Position numbers and translations under genes: made by a program
Origin: Chlamydiia bacterium
Lineage (GTDB): Bacteria > Chlamydiota > Chlamydiia > Chlamydiales > RGXB01
Assembly (NCBI GenBank): GCA_040382515.1
Contig: JBEIFH010000002.1
Span: forward strand, 29,806 to 93,805
Reading direction: 5' to 3'
Length of the DNA stretch: 64,000 nt
Notes under the pieces: generated by a model
The model's database searches: none
Told to the model about the DNA's origin: nothing
Seen by the model: only the letters and a program-made list of their open reading frames with translations
Part shown: one piece after another, positions 27,774 through 36,683 of the stretch
Position numbering within the stretch: position 1 is the first letter of the stretch
How the letters are laid out: every line of letters begins with the position of its first letter

Positions 27774-28166
27774 AGTTTCTCTTATGGTTGTTAGCATTCT
27801 TAGCGCTATCAAAGCTGTTACCATAGACATTCGAAGCTCTTTTGATCCGGCACGAAACTGACGGAATTGATCTTATCTTAGAATGTATCTTGAAAGGTCA
27901 CCCCAAAAACCGTTATACTTAAGCTGGATTGTTACTTAAGATGGTGCAGTGAAGTTTCTCTTTTGGTTGTTAGCTTTCTTACCGCTATCAAAGCTGCTGC
28001 CATAGACATTTCAAGCTCTTTTTGATCCGGCACGAAACTGACGGAATAGATCTTATCTTAGAATGTATCTTGAAAGGTCACCCCAATAACCGTTATACTT
28101 AAGCTGGATTGTTAATTAAGATGGTGCAGTGAAGTTTCTCTTTTGGCTGTTAGCTTTCCTACCGCT
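27647..28166. repeat. Tandem triplication (179-bp unit, about 2.9 copies) of the HEAT-repeat gene 3' end / lptD 5' end junction
   Basis: Units start with gacattcgaagctc at 27647 and 27826, and with gacatttcaagctc at 28005. Each unit holds the ...aagatggtgcaGTGAagtttctc junction. Copy 1 supplies the upstream gene's real stop and copy 3 supplies the real lptD start. Confidence 0.9.
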
Positions 28167-30156
28167 GTTGGGTGAAGTCAGAATTTACCTAAACGATTTG
28201 CATATCAAAGGGGAGCGCTACGAGACGTCGAGTGGCGGACTTGTTTTCACAAATACCCTTGATCTGCAAGCCAAAAATATCACCTACGATAGAAATCAAG
28301 GGGTTCTAGAGGCAAGTGAGAACCTCCTTTTTATCCTTAACGGGGAAATTTTTGTCGCCAAAACCCTTTTTATCGATCTAAAAACAGAAACGGGCTGGTT
28401 TGAAGACCTCACCTACAAAATCCACTCGCTCTACATAAGATCAAAAAAAACCGGTTTAGATGCAAATAAAACAATCACGTTTGAAAACGTAGAGATCACC
28501 CCCTTCGATCAACCGCCCCTTTTTTTCTCCTTTAGAGTTCTGGATGGATCGATTGATAAAGATAAAAATCTTGAAGCAAAATCGATTTCTGCCCAGTTGA
28601 TAGGCGCCCCGGTCTTCTATTTACCAAAAATTAAATGGAACCTCGACGCACTACCGAGTACCGGAGTCCGCTACTTCGTCATGTACAACACAGGGCAAAA
28701 TCCCCTCTTCTCTTTCAGATATCCGATCCTTTCAGAAGAAAAATACAAAGCGCTTTTCAGATTTGACTACAGAGTTGGTAAAGGGTACGGATCTGCACTT
28801 GAAACTGACCTCAAAGCAAATAAGGATCGTTTGCACTATTGGACCCAAAACTTTGTAAACTACGATACCTTCTTCAATGACAACAATGACCGGGAAGTGC
28901 TGTTGCGCTACCGTTTCAAAGGGATGCTGCAAGCCTTTCCGAAAGAAGAAGAGATCAACCTTAAATTTCAATACGACATCCAGTCCGACCGCGATTTAAG
29001 ATTGAATTTCTACGCCGCTCAATTTGAAGCCCGAGATGTGATGCGTACTGAAGGGATTTTTGGGTTTAATGGCCCTTTTATCCAAAATTTTCTAAGCTTT
29101 CGCCCTAGGGCAAACACGTATGAAAGTTTGAATCAGCAGCTCCCCTCTCTAAAAATTCGCCTAGACCCTTTTGTTCTCAAACCGCTAGGTCTTCAATTCA
29201 AAAACCGGTTCGATTTGAGCTACCAAGATTACGTCTATTCAAACAATCTTTTCAATGCGGTGCAACCCTTTCATGCAGGACGTTTGCAGACGATACAAGA
29301 ACTCGATTGGCCCATCGATTTTGGGGTAGTAAAAATTGAGCCTGAGGGGTTATTTAGTGCCATCTACTACAACAACACCCCCCAAAATATTGGAAAAACG
29401 CTAGTCTATTTCAATTACGGAGTCAAAGCTTCTACACTTGTTGAAAGCTGTTCAGATAAACTACGCCATGTTGTACAGCCTTACGTTGACTACCATGCCT
29501 TTTCAACCCCTACCGTCGCCCCCAACGACCGTTACATATTTTCCCTTTATGATGGAATTTACCAAATTCAAGAGCTGAAGACAGGAATCTTGCAAACCCT
29601 TTACCTGAGCGATCTAGAGTCCACGTGTACCTGGGACCTCTATGGACTGAATTTTTTTGGACAATCCTCGTTCGATGTCTTGTTCCCAAAACTTAGAAGT
29701 TTTCTACATGTTGATACCCCTTGGTGCAGCTTTAAAAATAGTTTTGGATACAACTTTCAAAAAAACTCGGTAGATATGTTCAATATAGAGTGGGGTTGGA
29801 CTTTCAAAAAAGAATTCGCATTTCACCTTGATTGGCTCTATAGAGGTCCCTATGAGTGGAAAAAAGATTCAAAAGAAAACTATCAACTGGATGTAGCCTA
29901 CCCGATTGACGTTTTAGCCCAGACTCCCCTGTCAGACAAAAGAAATACCTTTATCAGCAGGGTAGAATGGCATTTTTTACCTAATTGGACAGTAAGATTT
30001 GAGCACCACAACTGTTTTTGGCGCACAGTTGAGCCCCCCTATTTGGAATTTCGTGCCGGCATATCTACGATTTTCCGTTCAGCGCTCGAGGTGAATTTAT
30101 CGGTGATCAAATCGGTCAATGACACCCAGGTGCTTTGCAGTATGAACCTAGTGTAG
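28129..30156 (+). CDS. lptD: LPS-assembly outer membrane protein LptD-like (OstA N-terminal domain + beta-barrel)
   Basis: Signal peptide VKFLFWLLAFLPLLGEV. OstA-like N-terminal beta-jellyroll pattern (L.A..I.YDRN.GVLEA..N). A long C-terminal region has alternating aromatic and hydrophilic strands. Confidence 0.65.
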   Translation: MKFLFWLLAFLPLLGEVRIYLNDLHIKGERYETSSGGLVFTNTLDLQAKNITYDRNQGVLEASENLLFILNGEIFVAKTLFIDLKTETGWFEDLTYKIHSLYIRSKKTGLDANKTITFENVEITPFDQPPLFFSFRVLDGSIDKDKNLEAKSISAQLIGAPVFYLPKIKWNLDALPSTGVRYFVMYNTGQNPLFSFRYPILSEEKYKALFRFDYRVGKGYGSALETDLKANKDRLHYWTQNFVNYDTFFNDNNDREVLLRYRFKGMLQAFPKEEEINLKFQYDIQSDRDLRLNFYAAQFEARDVMRTEGIFGFNGPFIQNFLSFRPRANTYESLNQQLPSLKIRLDPFVLKPLGLQFKNRFDLSYQDYVYSNNLFNAVQPFHAGRLQTIQELDWPIDFGVVKIEPEGLFSAIYYNNTPQNIGKTLVYFNYGVKASTLVESCSDKLRHVVQPYVDYHAFSTPTVAPNDRYIFSLYDGIYQIQELKTGILQTLYLSDLESTCTWDLYGLNFFGQSSFDVLFPKLRSFLHVDTPWCSFKNSFGYNFQKNSVDMFNIEWGWTFKKEFAFHLDWLYRGPYEWKKDSKENYQLDVAYPIDVLAQTPLSDKRNTFISRVEWHFLPNWTVRFEHHNCFWRTVEPPYLEFRAGISTIFRSALEVNLSVIKSVNDTQVLCSMNLV

Positions 30157-30161
30157 AATGA

Positions 30162-30196
30162 GGTAAAAAATTTAACATCCTTTTACCCTTTTTTTG
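30162..30196 (+). terminator. Rho-independent terminator candidate after lptD
   Basis: Stem ggtaaaa/ttttacc (AT-rich, with a 12-nt loop) followed by CTTTTTTT. Confidence 0.45.
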
Positions 30197-30286
30197 AGGG
30201 AGAAAAATCCGGTTTTTTCTTAAGAATTGCCGTACTAAAGAAGTCTATTGCAAAGGTACAAAAAAAGGGTTAAAATCTATTCAAAT

Positions 30287-30970
30287 ATGTATCTTATAGC
30301 CAATTTAAAAGCACACGCTGTCGATATAGAGTCTTATATCCGCAAGCTGGAATCTTTGAAGAGGTGTAAAGTAAAAATCATACTTGCACCTCCCTACCCC
30401 TACCTTAATCAGGTTTGTCGTTCAGGATTTCTCACGTCATCTCAAGATGTAAGCTTTTGTGCTGAGGGGGCTTTTACCGGAGAAATCCCTGCGTCTCTTT
30501 TAAAATCCTTAGGGGTCCGCTACTGCCTTCTAGGTCACTCCGAGCGGCGCACCCTTTTTCATGAAGATACCGAAATTTTAAAAAATAAATACGACAAATG
30601 CGTTCAGTACGGCCTTCAACCGGTCCTCTGCGTCGGAGAAACAAAAGAGGAGCATAACAGCGGGCATTACCTAGAAAAAATACGTAATCAAGTCCTTGAA
30701 ATTTTCTCGTTTTCTACGGTTGCACCCCTGATCGCTTATGAACCTATCTGGTCTATCGGTAGCGGTCAAATCCCCGAGCCCTCAAAAATTAAGCAGGTCG
30801 TATCTGTAATTAAAGAGGCTCTACCGGGCTCAGTGGTTCTCTACGGCGGTTCTGTAAATCCTTCCAATGCAGCTGGACTTGCGACCCTCTGCGACGGCCT
30901 TTTGGTAGGCAGCGCCTCAAAAGATCCTGAAACATTAACACAAATCATTCAACAACTTGAAAAACTATGA
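30287..30970 (+). CDS. tpiA: Triosephosphate isomerase
   Basis: LLGHSERR, CVGET, AYEPIWSIGSG and YGGSV. ATG 30287 is preferred over the TTG 30248 listed in the track. Confidence 0.9.
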   Translation: MYLIANLKAHAVDIESYIRKLESLKRCKVKIILAPPYPYLNQVCRSGFLTSSQDVSFCAEGAFTGEIPASLLKSLGVRYCLLGHSERRTLFHEDTEILKNKYDKCVQYGLQPVLCVGETKEEHNSGHYLEKIRNQVLEIFSFSTVAPLIAYEPIWSIGSGQIPEPSKIKQVVSVIKEALPGSVVLYGGSVNPSNAAGLATLCDGLLVGSASKDPETLTQIIQQLEKL

Positions 30971-31254
30971 TTTTTTTATATTATTTTTCCTTGATACTAT
31001 TTGTCCTTTTATGTCTTGTCACCTGCTTTTGCGTCTTAATCCAAGAAAGCAAGTCGATGGGTTTGGGAGCAACATTCGGCGGTGAATCTGCAAACGCATT
31101 ATTCGGGGCCTCTACTGCAGACGTGCTCAAGAAATTTACTGCTGTTATCGGCGGAATTTTTCTAGCAAGCTGCCTGCTTTTGTCTATATGGTCATCTCTA
31201 ATTCAGCCTCCAAAAATGGATGCCCGTCCTGAGCAGATCGAGCAAAACGGTTAA
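30967..31254 (+). CDS. secG: Preprotein translocase subunit SecG
   Basis: Two-TM, 95-aa protein with LIQESKSMGLGATFGG. The conserved tpiA-secG order is kept, with an ATGA overlap. Confidence 0.8.
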   Translation: MIFLYYFSLILFVLLCLVTCFCVLIQESKSMGLGATFGGESANALFGASTADVLKKFTAVIGGIFLASCLLLSIWSSLIQPPKMDARPEQIEQNG

Positions 31255-31264
31255 TTTAAATTTG

Positions 31265-31840
31265 ATGCAAGAAAAACATCGGCTTATTTTTTATCCCGAC
31301 ACTATTTTAAGAAAAAAAACGGAAGATATAACGGATCTAACTCCGTCTATCCTCCGTTTTATCGATAAAATGAAAGAGGTATGCGCCCAAAAAAAAGGGC
31401 TCGGGATTGCAGCTCCCCAAGTGAACGAATCTTTAAGTATTTTTGTGACACCTATTACAGGAACAAACATCAAAACTAAAGATCCTATTTACGCAAAAGA
31501 TTTGAAAGACTGGACAGTCATCATCAACCCAAGAGTTCTAAGTTTTTCTAAAGAGGCTGTCGGCTACGAGGAGGGGTGCCTCTCTTTGCCAAAACTTTAT
31601 TCCACTGTTTTTCGCCCCAAAAGTATTGAGGTATCCTTTCTGGATTCCCAACTAAAAGTCCACACAAAAGTCCTTTCCCATTGGTTTGCCCGCCTTTTTT
31701 TGCATGAATACGACCATCTCCAAGGGATACTTTTTACCGACTACCTACTCGGTAAAATATCTAATGGTTTTGAGCAGGATGCCGATTTTGAAGAAAAATT
31801 ACGCCTTTCTGAGGCCCTGCAGAACTTTGAAGCGCTTTAG
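31265..31840 (+). CDS. def: Peptide deformylase
   Basis: The three motifs GLGIAAPQV, EGCLSLP and HEYDHL. ATG 31265 is preferred over the upstream track start. Confidence 0.9.
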   Translation: MQEKHRLIFYPDTILRKKTEDITDLTPSILRFIDKMKEVCAQKKGLGIAAPQVNESLSIFVTPITGTNIKTKDPIYAKDLKDWTVIINPRVLSFSKEAVGYEEGCLSLPKLYSTVFRPKSIEVSFLDSQLKVHTKVLSHWFARLFLHEYDHLQGILFTDYLLGKISNGFEQDADFEEKLRLSEALQNFEAL

Positions 31841-31852
31841 GGAGACGCCGCT

Positions 31853-33256
31853 ATGTCCATTTCGGTTTCAGAGTTAACAAACAGAATCAAAAAACATTTA
31901 GAGCCTACCTTCAAGGGTGTCACCGTCCAGGGGGAGATTTCTAATTTTAAGGCGCAGTCCTCCGGACATTATTACTTTACCCTAAAAGACGAGGGTTCCC
32001 AACTTTCAGTCTCCTTCTTTAACGCCGCCCGCTACAAGCTTCCCAGGATTCCAAAAGATGGCGACAAAGTCATCATCACGGGCGATATCAACATTTATGC
32101 TCCACGAGGGAATTATCAACTTGTGGCTCAGGGGTTGGTATTTACGGGTGTAGGCGACCTTCTACTCAAATTGCACCAACTCAAACTGGAGATCAAAGAG
32201 CTAGGCTGGTTCGAAAAAGAATGGAAAAAGCCCCTCCCCTCCCATCCTAAAAAAATAGGGGTGATCACAAGTCCTACCGGAGCGGTAATTCAAGACATTA
32301 TCCATGTTTTAAGCCGGCGGATGGCAAATTTTCACCTCATCCTATACCCGGTAAAGGTCCAGGGCGAGGGGGCCAAAGAAGAGATCGCCTTAGCTATTAA
32401 CGAGATGAACCGCTACCAAATCTGCGATGTCCTCATCGTCGGGCGTGGGGGTGGATCGATCGAAGACCTCTGGGCATTCAATGAAAAAATTGTAGCAAAA
32501 TCCATCTTCGACTCTCAAATCCCGATTGTAGCGGCAATCGGACATGAAACCGATTTTACCATTGCCGATTTTGTAGCGGATGTAAGAGCTCCGACTCCTT
32601 CAGCTGCTGCTGAAATGGTATGCGCTAAAACAAGCGATATTTTAGACCGCCTCAAACAATTTGAAAAAAGGCTTGATCAAATCATCAAAGGGATCTCTGA
32701 GAAAGTCTACCTCCGTTTAGAGCAGTTCAAAAAACAACCTGCCCTGCGCGGGATCGGCCTTTTGCATCCCTTCCTCCAAAGGATGGATCATATGTGCAAC
32801 TCCCTAGATTTAGCGGTACAGTCCTCAGTTTTATCTGAAAAAAACAGACTGGAACTTTTAGCTATCACCCTGCAGGGATTTGCCCCCCAAAAAAAACTTA
32901 GAGACCAGAGGGTGGCCCTTGTCCAAATAGAGCAAGCGATAAGCTCTTTTGTCGTACAGCTCTCGACCTATCGCAAAAAAGATCTTGAAGTGATGCAGGC
33001 CCGTTTAAACCCCTACGACCCTTCAAAAAAACTTCAGGAGCTTAAAGAGCGCCATCTTCGCATGGCAGAGCATTTAAAATCACTCAATCCAAAGACGATA
33101 TTGAAACGTGGATTCTGTATCCCCCAGAATAAACAGGGTGCTATCATTCGCAGCGTCGAGGATATCTCATTAGGGGAAAACTTAGACCTTATTTTTTACA
33201 ACGGTACAATAGGAGCGCACGTCGATGGAGTTCGAAGCAGCCTTCAAGAGACTTGA
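31853..33256 (+). CDS. xseA: Exodeoxyribonuclease VII large subunit
   Basis: N-terminal OB fold VQGEISNFKAQSSGHYYFTLKD, then GRGGGSIEDLWAFN and IGHETDFT. Confidence 0.9.
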   Translation: MSISVSELTNRIKKHLEPTFKGVTVQGEISNFKAQSSGHYYFTLKDEGSQLSVSFFNAARYKLPRIPKDGDKVIITGDINIYAPRGNYQLVAQGLVFTGVGDLLLKLHQLKLEIKELGWFEKEWKKPLPSHPKKIGVITSPTGAVIQDIIHVLSRRMANFHLILYPVKVQGEGAKEEIALAINEMNRYQICDVLIVGRGGGSIEDLWAFNEKIVAKSIFDSQIPIVAAIGHETDFTIADFVADVRAPTPSAAAEMVCAKTSDILDRLKQFEKRLDQIIKGISEKVYLRLEQFKKQPALRGIGLLHPFLQRMDHMCNSLDLAVQSSVLSEKNRLELLAITLQGFAPQKKLRDQRVALVQIEQAISSFVVQLSTYRKKDLEVMQARLNPYDPSKKLQELKERHLRMAEHLKSLNPKTILKRGFCIPQNKQGAIIRSVEDISLGENLDLIFYNGTIGAHVDGVRSSLQET

Positions 33257-33461
33257 AGAAATTTTAGAAAAAATGCAGTCCGAAAACCTCTCCCTAGATG
33301 CATCTTTGAAGCTATACGCTGAGGCGGATAAACTGATTCAGATTTCGTCTAAAAACTTGGCAAAAGCGGAAAAGACAATCGAAATGATTATAAAAAACCG
33401 GGATAACGGTATCGAAGTGGATGGGGCCCTACAGCCCGTCTTGACTAATTTTGAAGTCTGA
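33225..33461 (+). CDS. xseB: Exodeoxyribonuclease VII small subunit
   Basis: FEAAFKRLEEILEKMQSENLSLDASLKLYAEADKLI, a typical XseB helical hairpin. Overlaps the xseA 3' end. Confidence 0.8.
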   Translation: MEFEAAFKRLEEILEKMQSENLSLDASLKLYAEADKLIQISSKNLAKAEKTIEMIIKNRDNGIEVDGALQPVLTNFEV

Positions 33462-33486
33462 ATCCCATTTGTAAAAAGGAACGCGT

Positions 33487-35253
33487 GTGGAAGACAATAA
33501 AATGGCAGTGGCTCTCTCTTTAAAAAAACAGGCCTTTTTGCTCCGCCAACAAATCATTGATGTCGTTTCAAAAAATGGGGGTCATTTAGGGGCCTCTTTA
33601 GGCGCTACCGACCTTATATTAGCTTTGCATCAAGTTTTCAATTCTCCAAAAGACAAACTGATATTCGATACCGGTCATCAAACCTATGCGCATAAGCTAC
33701 TTACAGGGAGAAAAGATCGATTCCATACTTTAAGAACCCATCGAGGGCTCTGCGGATTCACAGACCCTAATGAATCTTCACACGACCATTTTTTTGCCGG
33801 CCACGCAGGCACTGCCCTCTCTTTAGCACTTGGCGTGCACGATGCGAGTGTCTTTTCCGAGGATCGCCCCTGGGTAATCGCCGTTATAGGAGACGCCAGT
33901 CTTTCTTGCGGACTCACCCTTGAAGCATTCAACAATATAAGCCCGAAACAGGATCGTCTAATTGTTCTTTTGAACGACAACGGGATGAGCATTTCAAAGG
34001 GGTGCGGAAATTTTCATGAGTATCTTCAAAAAATTGGCACTTTTGCCCCGAATTCGCTGAAAGAGAATTTTCCAGATATTTTTTCCATTTTTAACTGTAA
34101 ATACCTTGGCCCGATAGACGGGCATGATCCCGATCAACTTGTTATGCTATTTAGTCGACTCAAAAGTGGTAAAGGCCCTTTTATTGTCCATGCAAAGACG
34201 ATAAAAGGATACGGTCTCGAGTATGCCGAAAATTCCCCGACGGTCTGGCATGGGCCCAAACCTTTTTGTATTGAATCGGGAACATTTAAACAAAAAGCAA
34301 GTGCGCTTACCCCGTTTCCGAAAATTTTTGGAAAAACTCTTTTAGAGATGCAAAAAAACCACCAAGATTTGCAAGTTATCACCCCTGCAACCGCTACAGG
34401 AGCATCTCTTGAGGAATTTGCAGCGCTTCATCCTTTAAATTTTCATGATGTGGGTATAGCCGAAGGCCATGCCATCACCTATGCGGCCGGGCTGGCCCGT
34501 TTTAAAAATTCCAAGGTGATCGCGTCTATTTATGCAACGTTTTTACACCGCGCCCTAGACAACCTGTTTCATGACGTTGTTTTGCAAAATATCCCCCTCA
34601 TACTAGCAATCGATCGGGCGGGTCTATCTCCCCAGGATGGTTCCACTCATCATGGAATATACGACATCGCTTTTTTAAAAACGATGCCCGGGCTCATGAT
34701 TGCCCAACCAAGAAACGGTAAGGTTTTACAAGAGTTGCTCCATTCCGGATTAGCCTATACAAGTCCGATCGCAATTCGATACCCTAATTTGGATACCCAC
34801 ACTGGGGAAGGTGGATTGGCATACCGGGAACCTGGGGTAGGAGATCTTTTAGCTAAAACTGCGATTCTATCTAAAAAAATCCTCTTTGTTTCCCTTGGAC
34901 ACATGGCGGAGGTAGCATTTTCTGTACGCAATAAATTACTGGAAATTGGGCTGGACGCAACGATATTTGATCCTATTTTTATAAAACCTCTGGATCACAA
35001 ACAACTCCATGGTTTGATTTTAGAGCATGATTACCTGTTTATCCTAGAGGAGCATGCAGAAAAATCGGGACTTGGTTCTATCATTTTAAACTTTATCAAC
35101 GAGAATCAACTTTTCAATAAAAAAGTTAAAGTTTTCGGAATACCGGACCGTTTTTTTGCGCACGGTACCTATAAAGAGCTCATCGAGGAGATCGGTCTTA
35201 GCGACAATCAGATTTTCGACAGAATAGTTGAGTTTTTAGATAGAGTCTTTTAA
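33487..35253 (+). CDS. dxs: 1-deoxy-D-xylulose-5-phosphate synthase
   Basis: GGHLGASLGATDL, DTGHQTYAHK, the ThDP motif IGDASLSCG...NDN, and DRAGLSPQDGSTHHG. Confidence 0.9.
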   Translation: MEDNKMAVALSLKKQAFLLRQQIIDVVSKNGGHLGASLGATDLILALHQVFNSPKDKLIFDTGHQTYAHKLLTGRKDRFHTLRTHRGLCGFTDPNESSHDHFFAGHAGTALSLALGVHDASVFSEDRPWVIAVIGDASLSCGLTLEAFNNISPKQDRLIVLLNDNGMSISKGCGNFHEYLQKIGTFAPNSLKENFPDIFSIFNCKYLGPIDGHDPDQLVMLFSRLKSGKGPFIVHAKTIKGYGLEYAENSPTVWHGPKPFCIESGTFKQKASALTPFPKIFGKTLLEMQKNHQDLQVITPATATGASLEEFAALHPLNFHDVGIAEGHAITYAAGLARFKNSKVIASIYATFLHRALDNLFHDVVLQNIPLILAIDRAGLSPQDGSTHHGIYDIAFLKTMPGLMIAQPRNGKVLQELLHSGLAYTSPIAIRYPNLDTHTGEGGLAYREPGVGDLLAKTAILSKKILFVSLGHMAEVAFSVRNKLLEIGLDATIFDPIFIKPLDHKQLHGLILEHDYLFILEEHAEKSGLGSIILNFINENQLFNKKVKVFGIPDRFFAHGTYKELIEEIGLSDNQIFDRIVEFLDRVF

Positions 35254-35356
35254 AGGGGGATCTCTCAAGAAAAAGAACAATAAAAAAATCTAAGTTTCAT
35301 AGTTGTTCTTTCTCTGAAATTCGTTCCGTTGTAATCTAAGATAAATTTGGATCCAT

Positions 35357-36208
35357 ATGAAGAAATCCCTTTGTTTAGTCCCAACACGCTATAAGGCCTC
35401 AACAGTTGAGATCGCTCGCGAACTTGTCACGATGCTTACACAACTGGATTTTGCAATTTTTGTTGAAGAGGGTTTTGAAGAGGTAGGGGTTCCTGCCATT
35501 GCCCCCTTTCAAAAAATTGACTATTTTGTGTTGATTGGTGGCGACGGCAGCTTTGTTGCCAGCGCCAGAAAATATCTGGCATGGCAAGCCCCTTTTATTG
35601 GAGTGAGCGCAGGGCATCTAAACTTTTTAGCAGACACATCCATATCTTTAGCTCTTTTGGATTTCAAACAACTTCTAGACGATAACGTAGCCGTCGAGGA
35701 GCGTGAAGTACTGGAATGCACCCTCCCGAACAAAGAAAAGTTTTTTGCCATCAATGACATAGTCCTTCACAGGGGTGTTAACCCCGGGATAGTGGAACTG
35801 ACTGTGTTTTCGAATAACGAGTTCATCTGCGACTACTTGTGCGACGGGCTTATTCTATCTACACCTACTGGCTCTACAGCCTACTCCCTTTCTGCCGGAG
35901 GACCTATAGTCTACCCTCAGGCCCAAACAACTACTATGGCCAGCATATGCCCCCAATCCCTGGCATACCGCCCGATCGTCCTGCCTTCCACAATGGAGCT
36001 TGAAATCCAGTATATTTCCAATCAAAAGCCGATTCAAATCTCTGTGGATGGCCAAATCAACCGCCTGATCAGCACCATGGAGCGGATTATAGTTAAATCA
36101 GCACCTCTGAAACTAAAATTAGTAAAGTTGAAGAACCACTCTTACTGGGTGAAGCTGAGCCAAAAATTGGGCTTAAAAGTCAAAAGTCGGGCGGACCAAC
36201 CCGGCTAA
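35357..36208 (+). CDS. nadK: NAD kinase
   Basis: GGDGSF, NDIVL and DGLILSTPTGSTAYSLSAGGPIV. Confidence 0.9.
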   Translation: MKKSLCLVPTRYKASTVEIARELVTMLTQLDFAIFVEEGFEEVGVPAIAPFQKIDYFVLIGGDGSFVASARKYLAWQAPFIGVSAGHLNFLADTSISLALLDFKQLLDDNVAVEEREVLECTLPNKEKFFAINDIVLHRGVNPGIVELTVFSNNEFICDYLCDGLILSTPTGSTAYSLSAGGPIVYPQAQTTTMASICPQSLAYRPIVLPSTMELEIQYISNQKPIQISVDGQINRLISTMERIIVKSAPLKLKLVKLKNHSYWVKLSQKLGLKVKSRADQPG

Positions 36209-36218
36209 GGATTCTAAT

Positions 36219-36647
36219 TTGATTTTTGATATCACGATTTATTCCGTCGGAAAAAACAAAGAAAGTTGGTTGAAAGAGGCCCTTGAAGAGTACGAAAAAA
36301 GGCTAAAATCCTCTGTCAAGTTTCATTGGGTCCTTGCGAAAAATAATCACGAACTTGAAGAACGCATGGATGCCGAAAAAAATTGGATCGCACTAGACCC
36401 GATGGGTAAAACGTTTACCAGCGAAGAATTCAGTAAGTTTCTCATGGAGAATTTGGAATCGGAAGGTGGGAAACTTCGTTTGGTCATAGGTAGCAGCGAG
36501 GGGCTTACACCCAAATTAAAAAATAAAGCTAAGTACCTTATCTCTTTTTCAAAACTCACCTTCACCCATCAAATCACCCGTCTGATTCTCTTGGAACAAA
36601 TCTACCGCGGAATACAAATATCTAAATGCACCCCCTACCATAAATAG
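36219..36647 (+). CDS. rlmH: 23S rRNA (pseudouridine1915-N3)-methyltransferase RlmH (SPOUT)
   Basis: IGSSEGL and SFSKLTFTHQITRLILLEQIYR. TTG start preceded by AAGGA. Confidence 0.85.
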   Translation: MIFDITIYSVGKNKESWLKEALEEYEKRLKSSVKFHWVLAKNNHELEERMDAEKNWIALDPMGKTFTSEEFSKFLMENLESEGGKLRLVIGSSEGLTPKLKNKAKYLISFSKLTFTHQITRLILLEQIYRGIQISKCTPYHK

Positions 36648-36683
36648 GATAGCCCCCCCCTTTTAGAGGTGGGTCTATGTTCC

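Noticed and set aside
27647-28166. Possibility that the 179-bp and 110-bp repeat arrays are CRISPR arrays or mobile elements
   Set aside because: The units are contiguous with no unique spacers. They are far longer than CRISPR repeats and are simply copies of the adjacent gene ends. There are no terminal inverted repeats, and no transposase or integrase nearby.
36648-36683. C8 homopolymer followed by TTTT between rlmH and cydB, and a C7T6 tract at 43811-43823 upstream of pyk, as possible phase-variation tracts
   Set aside because: The first lies between the 3' ends of convergent genes. The second is upstream of the preferred pyk ATG and could at most affect an alternative TTG start. There is no evidence of length variation from a single sequence.
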